Part shown: in pieces, positions 9,657 through 16,611 of the stretch
Layout: every line of letters starts with the position of its first letter
Position numbering within the stretch: position 1 is the stretch's first letter
Source: an uncultured virus (IMG/VR IMGVR_UViG_3300005364_000001)
Taxonomy: Duplodnaviria > Heunggongvirae > Uroviricota > Caudoviricetes
Reading direction: 5' to 3' (one strand)
IMG/VR virus record: IMGVR_UViG_3300005364_000001
DNA: 20,000 nt
Translations under genes and position numbers: made by a program
Notes under the pieces: generated by a model
The model's input: only the letters and a program-made list of their open reading frames with translations
What the model was told of the DNA's origin: nothing
The model's database searches: none

Positions 9657-11203
9657 GCGACGCAGCCAAGACCCAGGGCGAGCTCGAGCGCACCTTCCGC
9701 GACGTCACGGACCCCGGCTATCACCTGCCGCTCGAGGAGGACCCGCTCAGCTGGGATCCGATCGCGGCGATGGCCACGACGGCCGCACGCGCCTCGCGCG
9801 CCGTGCACACCAACAGCCAGTCCTTCTACCTGCTGCCGCACTCGCGCCAGACCGGCGAGAGCGCCAGCGGGGCGCGCCGCGCCGAGGCCTGGCACCAGGT
9901 GCGGCGCCGCGGGCACGCGGGGCAGGCGCTCTTTGTCCCCGCGGGGAAGCGGGTCGAGTACTTCCTGCGCGACTCACGCGGGCAGCCCGCGCGGCTCGAG
10001 GCCTACGAGCTGGCCGAAGACGTCGTCTTCGCGGCCGGCGAGGTGGGCCCTGTGGCGGTGCGCGTGCGTGCGGTGCGGCCCGGCGATCAAGCCAACCTGC
10101 CGATCGCCGATCGCGCTGCGCTGGTGGCCGAGGGCGTGCGCACGGTCGCGCTCAGCGCGTACGGCGGCGTCTCGCTGACCGACACGGGTAACCCCGACGT
10201 CTTCACGGCGGCGGATGTGGGACGCTACCTGCGCCTTCAGGGCGAGGCGCCGCGGCGGGTGAAGGCCTACTCGCAGGACGCGCTCGGGCGGGGCCAGGTC
10301 GAGCTCGAGGGCGACTCGATCACCGGCACGGGGCCGGCGGTGCTGCTCGAGTGGAGCGAGCTCGGCGTCGAGCTCGAGCAGCTCGAGGCCTTCAGCGGCG
10401 GCCGGCACGCGATGCTCGACCAGATCGGGCTCGAGCGCGACATGCCGCGGGGCCCGGGCGAGGGCGACGAGGACTTCGCGTATCGGATCTCGAGCCTGCC
10501 CGACGTGATCACGCCGGCGGCGCTCGAGCGGATCTGCGCGCGCATCCTGAGCCCGCTCGGGATCTCGTACGCGCTGCACGAGGTGCGCGACCCGGAGCTG
10601 CGGGGCTTCGTGCTCGACCTGACCCCGCTCGACGCCGGCGGCATGTGCTCAGACAGCTCCTGGGCGGGTGGGGTGCTGCTCAGCGATAGCGCGAGCAAGC
10701 GCCTGTTCGTGGTCTGCATCGAGCGCGCGATCAACGTCGGCTACGAGGGCGGCCTCGCGTTCGACTCGATGAGCTCAGGGGTCAACGCCTACGACGTCGG
10801 CTCGAGCTCGGGCGACGGGCGGCCGACGGGCTACCTCAACGCGCTGCGCGCGCTGCTGGTCGACCTCAACGCGGCGCGGGGCGGTGGCACCGCGTTCCGG
10901 GTGGTCGAGCGCACCGCCGTCGAGCCCTACGGGCTGCACGCGGTCACGCTCGAGGTGGGGATAGCTGCCGGTACGCCCGAGTACCTGGCGGCCCGGGACG
11001 AGGCGCTGGCGGCGCTGGTGCAGCAGCTCAGGCCTGGCGAGCGCACCAGCGAGGTCGAGCTCGCCGAGGCGATCGCCGGCCAGCTGCTCATGCGGGGCCT
11101 CGACGCGACCGGCGTAACCGTGCTCGTCACCGGGGGCGACCTGGTGCCCGGCCCGCTCGAGGTGCTCAACATCGCGCCCCTGGGCGGCGGCGGTGGCAGC
11201 TAA
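9653..11203 (+). CDS. Second J-like / wedge (gpI-like) multidomain baseplate protein
   Basis: N-terminal PAGKRV..YEL..GPVAVRVRAVRPGDQANLP and C-terminal ALVQQLRPGE..GGDLVPGP align by eye with the J protein at 8036; central LDQIGLERDMPRGPGEGDEDFAYRI wedge motif. Confidence 0.7.
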   Translation: MSDAAKTQGELERTFRDVTDPGYHLPLEEDPLSWDPIAAMATTAARASRAVHTNSQSFYLLPHSRQTGESASGARRAEAWHQVRRRGHAGQALFVPAGKRVEYFLRDSRGQPARLEAYELAEDVVFAAGEVGPVAVRVRAVRPGDQANLPIADRAALVAEGVRTVALSAYGGVSLTDTGNPDVFTAADVGRYLRLQGEAPRRVKAYSQDALGRGQVELEGDSITGTGPAVLLEWSELGVELEQLEAFSGGRHAMLDQIGLERDMPRGPGEGDEDFAYRISSLPDVITPAALERICARILSPLGISYALHEVRDPELRGFVLDLTPLDAGGMCSDSSWAGGVLLSDSASKRLFVVCIERAINVGYEGGLAFDSMSSGVNAYDVGSSSGDGRPTGYLNALRALLVDLNAARGGGTAFRVVERTAVEPYGLHAVTLEVGIAAGTPEYLAARDEALAALVQQLRPGERTSEVELAEAIAGQLLMRGLDATGVTVLVTGGDLVPGPLEVLNIAPLGGGGGS

Positions 11204-11409
11204 GGGCAGGGGGGGCCTTCCCTGAGAACACGGGCTCTTAGGGGGATCCCCACCTGGTAGATCGCGCCCCCGGGGCATGTCAGCAGGTGTCCGTCGCCGG
11301 ATTCGCCTGTGACTCCGTGTGCGACGGGGTAGGTACGACTCCCGTCAGGGCGCAAGGACTTGCGCAGATAGTGCTGTCTGTCTTACAGACGGATCACATC
11401 AAGCAGCAG

Positions 11410-11501
11410 ACAAGCAACAAATAGCACGAAGCCCCAGCATCGCGGTCAAAGGTCCTGCAAGACCTACGCGACACAAGGGCTTCGGATCGAGCACCAATGT
11501 T
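11410..11501 (-). ncRNA. Predicted counter-transcribed antisense RNA (ctRNA) upstream of the rep gene; ends approximate
   Basis: Bulged hairpin 11427-11484 (CGAAGCCC/GGGCTTCG, TCGCG/CGCGA, AGGTC/GACCT, 6-nt loop) followed on the minus strand by U-rich GTGCTATTTGTTGCTT; correctly spaced promoter just upstream. Confidence 0.55.
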
Positions 11502-11613
11502 CGAGGAATCTAACGCGTTTCTGCGCCGCAAGCAAGCATGCGGCGCAGAAAGCGGTAACGTACGGATCTCATTTAGGTATACGGCGAAACGGCAAGGCGG
11601 TGTGCCTTGTTGA
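11497..11613 (+). CDS. Putative rep leader peptide (38 aa, MFEESNAFLRRKQACGAESGNVRISFRYTAKRQGGVPC)
   Basis: Open frame from ATG 11497 to TGA 11611-11613, which overlaps TTG 11610 of the rep frame (TTGA); too short for the supplied ORF track; RBS weak. Confidence 0.45.
   Translation: MFEESNAFLRRKQACGAESGNVRISFRYTAKRQGGVPC
11507..11535 (-). promoter_or_regulatory. Sigma70-type promoter for the antisense RNA
   Basis: -35 TTGCTT (11535-11530), 17-bp spacer, -10 TAGATT (11512-11507). Confidence 0.6.
11518..11551. repeat. Perfect 13-bp inverted repeat
   Basis: TTTCTGCGCCGCA-agcaagca-TGCGGCGCAGAAA. Confidence 0.95.
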
Positions 11614-11618
11614 GATCC
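11564..11618 (+). promoter_or_regulatory. Stem-loop sequestering the rep ribosome-binding site and start codon
   Basis: GGATCTCA (11564-11571) pairs with TGAGATCC (11611-11618); inner CAAGGC/GCCTTG pairs the SD-like AAGGCGG with the TTG at 11607. Confidence 0.55.
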
Positions 11619-12986
11619 AGCTGTCCACGGTCGGACAACGACAACGCCGCCCCGCCGCCGGCGTTCGACGCGAAAGAGCTGCGCGCGGCCCGCGCCGCCT
11701 GGCGCCTGAAGGCTCGCCAGCGGCGCCTGTCACCGAGGGCGAGGCTGCTCGTCGACTACCTCGCGACGCTGAAGAGCTTCCCCCACGCATTCTTTCGCGT
11801 GAGCAAGCTGGCTGAGGAGCTCTGCTGCTCGTCGGCGCAGGCGAGGCGCACGGTGCGCGAGGTCGAGCGTGCGGGCCTTCTGGCGCATGCCCCGTACTAC
11901 GGCTCGATCGGCGAGCAGCGGGCCAACGACTACCTAGCGTGCGACGGCGAGCGCTGGTGCTGGCGGCTGCTCGGCGGCGACGAGCTCGGGCGCGCCGAGG
12001 GCCGCCTGCTCGTGAGCTCGCTGCTGAGCGCGACCTGGCGCTGGCGCGATGAGGATCTGGCCACGTCGCCCGCCGTGCTCGAGGCGCTGCTGCGCGCGAC
12101 TGGCGCCTGGGGACTCGCGGCTCGTAAGTGCAAGCCCCCCCTTGCAGATATGACCCCCCCCCCTTGCATGGATGCCACCCATAGTCTTAACGCTGAGTCT
12201 GCGGACGGGGAGGCAGATCAGCAGCAGCAAGCAGAGCCGCCGCCTGTGGATAACCCACCGAGTGACGAGAGCGACGAGCCGGACCTCGACGCCGACGACC
12301 GCGACCTCAAGCCCGACAACCCCGAGATGGAGCTCGACGAGGCGCAGCTCCAGGAGCAGCTCGACCGACTGGCGGCCCAGCTCGAGCTCGAGGACGCCGA
12401 GGTTGCGCAGCCCGACCTCACGCCCGACACTGCGGCCGCACCCTTCGGCGCGCGGGCATCGTCACCCGCTGCGGGCGACGCGAGGTTCGGGTCTCGCGCA
12501 GCTCCTGCGCCGAGGGGGGCTTCTCGGGGCCCGGGCCCGAGCAAGGTCTTCGCGCTGCCGCTCGAGCTGCGCGCTAGGCTGGTGGGGCGCTTTGACGAGA
12601 CCCGGGTGCGGGCTCTCGAGCGGGCGCTCGGGCAGGCCAAGCGATCGCCCGAGGTGATGATCGCCGCCGCGCACATGCTGCTCGAGCGCAACGCGCTCAC
12701 CCCCGCGAGCTACGTGCACAGCTTGTTCGACGACGCGGCCGAGCAGCTCGAGCGGGCGCTGCACGAGCCGCCGCCAGCGAATGCCCCTACGAGCGGCCAG
12801 GCGCCGCCCAGGGCGCGCGCGGCACCGAAGCCGCCTGACCCCTTGCTCATGCAGGTCCAGACCGCCCGTGAGCGCCTCGAGGCGCTGCCCAGGCACGATC
12901 CCCGACGGCCCCAGCACGAGCAGCGGCTCAAGGAGCTGCTCGACCAGGTGGCAGCCCGCGACCTTGGGCGGACGGCGGCCTCGTGA
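11607..12986 (+). CDS. Winged-HTH replication initiator-like protein (phage/plasmid Rep; start TTG 11607 or 11610)
   Basis: N-terminal LSPRARLLVDYL...FFRVSKLAEELCCSSAQARRTVREVERAGLL...GEQRANDY resembles HTH_36-type initiators; internal repeats and DnaA box; acidic/Pro-rich linker; helical C-terminal domain; in-frame stop at 11574 limits the start. Confidence 0.7.
   Translation: MLRSSCPRSDNDNAAPPPAFDAKELRAARAAWRLKARQRRLSPRARLLVDYLATLKSFPHAFFRVSKLAEELCCSSAQARRTVREVERAGLLAHAPYYGSIGEQRANDYLACDGERWCWRLLGGDELGRAEGRLLVSSLLSATWRWRDEDLATSPAVLEALLRATGAWGLAARKCKPPLADMTPPPCMDATHSLNAESADGEADQQQQAEPPPVDNPPSDESDEPDLDADDRDLKPDNPEMELDEAQLQEQLDRLAAQLELEDAEVAQPDLTPDTAAAPFGARASSPAAGDARFGSRAAPAPRGASRGPGPSKVFALPLELRARLVGRFDETRVRALERALGQAKRSPEVMIAAAHMLLERNALTPASYVHSLFDDAAEQLERALHEPPPANAPTSGQAPPRARAAPKPPDPLLMQVQTARERLEALPRHDPRRPQHEQRLKELLDQVAARDLGRTAAS
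12129..12253. other. Putative replication origin inside the rep gene: 22-bp-period iteron-like units and a DnaA box
   Basis: TGCAAGCCCCCCCTTGCAGATA / TGACCCCCCCCCCTTGCATGGA / TGCCACCC..., then relatively AT-rich ATAGTCTTAAC, and TGTGGATAA (reverse complement TTATCCACA) at 12245-12253. Confidence 0.6.
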
Positions 12987-12999
12987 GAGCATCGGCCCC

Positions 13000-13113
13000 G
13001 AGAGCGCCCTCGCTGCCGGGGCGAGATCCTCACGTCCCCAAAACGTTGCGGCGCGATCGAGGGGCCTCCCCCGGTCGCGCCCTGAGAATCTCGGCAAGGG
13101 ACAGGGCGCTCTC
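13000..13113. other. Branched secondary-structure element between rep and the first fibre-like gene
   Basis: GAGAGCGCCCT/AGGGCGCTCTC (11 bp perfect), CGAGATCCTCA/TGAGAATCTCG (10 of 11), GGCGCGATCG/CGGTCGCGCC (one wobble), GGGG/CCCC tip. Confidence 0.7.
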
Positions 13114-13133
13114 ACACGCAAGGGAGATCCAAG

Positions 13134-14456
13134 GTGGCCGGACTATCGCGCGCGACGTTTGCCCTACTTCAGCTGCTCACCAGCGACGATCTCCAGGCCG
13201 CCTTGCGCCTCATGGGGCGCGACGTGCTCGAGCTCGCGCGCTACCTGGTCGGCGATCGCCCGGTCGTGGTGGGCGGCCTCGAGGCGCGCCCGCTCTCGAC
13301 CGGCGTCGAGGTGCAGCCCGGCGTCCTGCTCCAGCCCTACGCCGGCGTCATCTCGGCGCCGCGCCCCGATGACTCGAGCTTCGTGCTGGGGCGGCTCGGC
13401 GATCCCGCCGCCGTGGCGATCCCCGCGCTAGGGGTGAACACCTGGTACCTGATCGAGGCGCGCGCGGGCGAGCTCGACTCATTCGGCGAGCGCCTGGTCC
13501 ACAACCAGACGCTCGACACGGAGACGCCCAAGCAGGTCCTCACGCGCCGCGAGGCCTCGATGGTGCTGCGGGCGCGCGCGGGCACGGCGAGCGCGATGCC
13601 CGCGCAGGTCGGCGGCTGGCTGCCGATCGCGGCGGTCCTGCGCCGCACGTCGGGCGCCGTGCTGGCAGGCGACGTCTACGACCTGCGACCCCTGCTCAAT
13701 CGGCCGCCGGCGGCGGGGGGCGAGCTCAGCGAGGCCTTCGTGCGGCAGGACTACGTCGTCCACTGGCGCACGCTCAAGTTCTCGATCGACGTCGAGCTCG
13801 TCGATCGCTTCGGGCAGCGCCTGAGCGCCAAGGCCGACAAGGTCGACGTCCCCACGCTGCACGAGCCCGGCTACACGCCGGTCGCCAACGCCTGGCGGTA
13901 TCTCTACCTCTGCAACCCGGGCGAGGGCGAGGCGCCGGCGACTGCGACGGGCAAGGGCGTGCTGGTCGTGAGCGGCACCAAGCCGATCGCGCAGGGCAGC
14001 CGCATCCCGAGCGCGGCGATCGCGCTGCCGGCGCCGTGGTCGCCGACGCTGCGCGCGACGTGCGTCGGGGCGATCTACAGCGCGCTCCTCGACCCGATGG
14101 CGCAGAGCTGCGTGCGCGGGCGTCATTTCGCGGGCGGCGCAGTCGCAAGTCAGACCGGGCCGATCCCGGCTGAGATGTTCCCGGGCAACGCTCGGCGCGT
14201 GACCTTTCGTGCGCGCTACAACGCAGCCGACGGCGACGATAAGGCGGTGCGGATCTACTCGCCGGCGCTGGCAACGTTCGACTCCGCGCAGGTCAACTTC
14301 TATGGCGCCGCCGCGCTCAACGGTCAGACCAACGTCTTGGAGTTCGACATGTTCGTGCAGGGCATCAACGTCGCCGACACGAAGCTCGACCTCACTGAGG
14401 TGCGACCGATGACACTGCCGAAGGAGTACGTGGCATTGATTCGCAGCGAGTTCTGA
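13134..14456 (+). CDS. Putative baseplate-attached tail fibre / receptor-binding protein, paralog 1
   Basis: GTG start with AGGGAG upstream; N-terminal LTSDDLQ...VVGGLEA..VEVQPG..WLPIAAV..DLRP pattern as in fibre-attachment domains; paralogous to 15208-16581. Confidence 0.6.
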   Translation: MAGLSRATFALLQLLTSDDLQAALRLMGRDVLELARYLVGDRPVVVGGLEARPLSTGVEVQPGVLLQPYAGVISAPRPDDSSFVLGRLGDPAAVAIPALGVNTWYLIEARAGELDSFGERLVHNQTLDTETPKQVLTRREASMVLRARAGTASAMPAQVGGWLPIAAVLRRTSGAVLAGDVYDLRPLLNRPPAAGGELSEAFVRQDYVVHWRTLKFSIDVELVDRFGQRLSAKADKVDVPTLHEPGYTPVANAWRYLYLCNPGEGEAPATATGKGVLVVSGTKPIAQGSRIPSAAIALPAPWSPTLRATCVGAIYSALLDPMAQSCVRGRHFAGGAVASQTGPIPAEMFPGNARRVTFRARYNAADGDDKAVRIYSPALATFDSAQVNFYGAAALNGQTNVLEFDMFVQGINVADTKLDLTEVRPMTLPKEYVALIRSEF

Positions 14457-15089
14457 TCACTGCCCTGCCGGCGCAGTCGCGAAGTAGATGTAGGGATCGA
14501 GGTCCGTGCCCTTGTACTCGGCGAATCCACCTGCGACGCGCTGGCGCGTGTAGTCGAAGATGATCGCGTAGCTGTAGCCGTCACCCGCCCCGGCGATCGT
14601 CCACTGGTTGACGGTTGTCTGAGTGGCCCACGCGCCGAGAAGCTGCGTCTTGGCCTTGTTGTCGTAGCGCTCGACCGTGGCGTTTGCGGGGTTTTCGGGG
14701 AGCACGTGCAGCGTCAGCACATGCCAGACATCGCCAAGGCCGGGCGCCTCGCCGCGCACCGAGATCGGGCGACCATCGAAGAACGACAAGGGCGCGGGCA
14801 GAGGCTCAGGATCGGTCATGCCTGAGTCGACCACGGGGGCGCCTGCATCGGCAACGACGGGGGGCAGGGCCGCGTCGACCACGGCGATCGCGCCGGCGTC
14901 GACCTCGGGGGCGATCGCGGCGGCGTCTGCCTCGGGGGTGACGGGCGCGGGCTCGAGCGGCGCCGCGGCGTCCTTTTCGCGTGCCCGCTTGGCCAGGTCC
15001 TCGGCGCCGTCGAGCTCGGCGCCCTCGGCGCCCACATCGGCGCAGCCCACAACCAGAACGACCGCCAGCAGCGCGAACACCTTACGCAT
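14457..15089 (-). CDS. Lipoprotein (210 aa) with DAG/DAA Pro-Ala-rich linker; moron-like
   Basis: GAGGAG SD, signal peptide and lipobox MRKVFALLAVVLVVG-C, linker VDAGAIAVVDAALPPVVADAGAPVVDSG, beta-rich C-terminal domain; opposite strand to the tail genes. Confidence 0.8.
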   Translation of the reverse strand: MRKVFALLAVVLVVGCADVGAEGAELDGAEDLAKRAREKDAAAPLEPAPVTPEADAAAIAPEVDAGAIAVVDAALPPVVADAGAPVVDSGMTDPEPLPAPLSFFDGRPISVRGEAPGLGDVWHVLTLHVLPENPANATVERYDNKAKTQLLGAWATQTTVNQWTIAGAGDGYSYAIIFDYTRQRVAGGFAEYKGTDLDPYIYFATAPAGQ

Positions 15090-15207
15090 GACCCGAATCT
15101 CCTCTGCCGCGACGCGGCGATACCGGGCTGATCTTCGGGCGGTCTGGGCGCGAGGTTGAGCGCGAAACGCAGGTTTCGGTGTGGGACCATGCGGTACCCT
15201 CGGCGGC

Positions 15208-16581
15208 ATGCCGAGCGACCGTGTCCCGTACTACCTCAACGAGCAGTTTTCGAGCGCGGACCTCAACGCGCAGCAGCTCGCGCTCGAGCGCACGGTCGAG
15301 GACCTGCTCGGCTTCTCGCTGTGGGCGCCGCGCCTTCAGCCGATCGGCGAGCCGCCGGCCAGCGGCGAGGCGCCGGCGCAGGGGGCCGTGATCGGGGGCC
15401 TACGTGCGACCACGTCAGGCGGCACCCTCACGGTGGGCCCGGGCGCGCTGCTGAGCACGGGCGTCGCGAGCCCAGGTAGCCCCCCGAACCACGGCGGCGT
15501 CTGCGCGGCCGCGGTGGGCGGCGCCAGCATCCTTGTCCCCGCGCCCGTCTCGGACACCTGGTACCTCGTGAGCGGGCGGCCCGCGCTGATCGACCAGGCC
15601 GCCGTCTCGCGCAACGTGCGCAACGGCGAGGCCTGGGTGCCGACCCCGCTGGTCAAGCTACGCCAGGCGTCGCTAGAGCTCATCGTCACGGCCGGCACGG
15701 CGACCGACCTACCTGCGACCTCACCGGCGACCTATACGCCGCTCTGGGGCGTGTTCCGGCCCGGCGGCGGGGGCGCCATCGTGTCCGCGACCCAGGTGGT
15801 CGACGTGCGGCCCTTCGCCGGCCCGCGGCGGCCGAGCAACAACGGCGCCGTGATCTTGCAGAACGAGTTCAGCATGCGGACCGGGCTGACCCTCAATGCC
15901 CGCGTGCAGCTCGACGAGCTCGACCTGCATGCCTGCACGGACACCCCCTTCGACCCGCTGCTGCTGCTCGACACGGCGGCCGCCGCGCCTGCAACCAATC
16001 AGTGGGCGTACCTGTACCTCGCGCGCTGGCGGGGCCTCTCGACGCTCTGCGCGCCGCGGCATGCTCAGGCCAAGATCGCGGGGCTCAGTCAGCAGGGGCT
16101 GCTCATTCTGAGCACCGTGCCCCCGACCCCGTCAGGCCCGCACGGCCGGCGCAACAGCGCCGCGCTACGGCCCCCGGCCCCATATTCGGCGGGCATCGTG
16201 CCCGAGGGCGACGCGCTCGCGCTCGGCGCGCTCTTGAAGACGGCCTCGACCTGGCAGCCCGCCAACTGCGTGCAGGACCGGGTCTACGTCCCGGTCTACG
16301 GGGGCGGCATCCCCGATTTCACCGCCACGGGCGACTTCACCTTTGCGCGGCACCCGCGGGGCGCGCGCAGCGTGCATTTCTACATCACGCGAGACGACCC
16401 CTACGGCGGGGTCACGATCCAAAGCCCGAGCGGCCGGCTCTTCTATCAATCCGACGAGCAGGCCGAGCACTCGACCGTCGACACGGGCGAGTTCCCCATC
16501 GATCCAAGCGAGACCACGCTGAGGTTGGCCTCCGCGGGCTCGGCCAACTGGACCGTCACGCTGCGCAGCTATCGCCTCTAG
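15208..16581 (+). CDS. Putative baseplate-attached tail fibre / receptor-binding protein, paralog 2
   Basis: Start at ATG 15208 (MPSDRVPYYLNEQFSSADLN); collinear motifs shared with 13134-14456 (VIGGL, TWYL, AGTA, D.RP, W.YLYL, PAP.S, P..AR.V.F). Confidence 0.6.
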   Translation: MPSDRVPYYLNEQFSSADLNAQQLALERTVEDLLGFSLWAPRLQPIGEPPASGEAPAQGAVIGGLRATTSGGTLTVGPGALLSTGVASPGSPPNHGGVCAAAVGGASILVPAPVSDTWYLVSGRPALIDQAAVSRNVRNGEAWVPTPLVKLRQASLELIVTAGTATDLPATSPATYTPLWGVFRPGGGGAIVSATQVVDVRPFAGPRRPSNNGAVILQNEFSMRTGLTLNARVQLDELDLHACTDTPFDPLLLLDTAAAAPATNQWAYLYLARWRGLSTLCAPRHAQAKIAGLSQQGLLILSTVPPTPSGPHGRRNSAALRPPAPYSAGIVPEGDALALGALLKTASTWQPANCVQDRVYVPVYGGGIPDFTATGDFTFARHPRGARSVHFYITRDDPYGGVTIQSPSGRLFYQSDEQAEHSTVDTGEFPIDPSETTLRLASAGSANWTVTLRSYRL

Positions 16582-16611
16582 ATCGGGCGATCAAGCGTAG
16601 AATCGGGCCCC

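Noticed and set aside
1..11203. Extracellular contractile injection system or tailocin
   Set aside because: Linked Rep-like, ERF, Cro-like and holin genes and a long tape measure indicate a phage-type genome; no eCIS ATPase seen. Capsid genes are outside the window, so not formally excluded.
11204..11245. G-quadruplex from four G runs
   Set aside because: Long loop and competing Watson-Crick hairpins; G runs are expected at this GC content
11319..11513. 64-aa ORF in the leader region
   Set aside because: No SD, atypical codon usage, and it overlaps the hairpin/antisense region, which explains the sequence better
11204..11620. CRISPR array
   Set aside because: Hairpins are all different; no regularly spaced direct repeats
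13000..13113. tRNA gene
   Set aside because: No T-loop GTTCRA in context, and arm lengths do not fit a cloverleaf
11204..13133. Group I/II intron or IS element
   Set aside because: Flanking genes appear intact; ORF has no RT, homing endonuclease, DDE or HUH motifs; no terminal inverted repeats seen
13134..16581. Diversity-generating retroelement or invertible fibre shufflon
   Set aside because: No reverse transcriptase or invertase, no near-identical TR/VR pair, and the paralogs are same-strand and highly diverged (only a short shared ACACCTGGTACCT)
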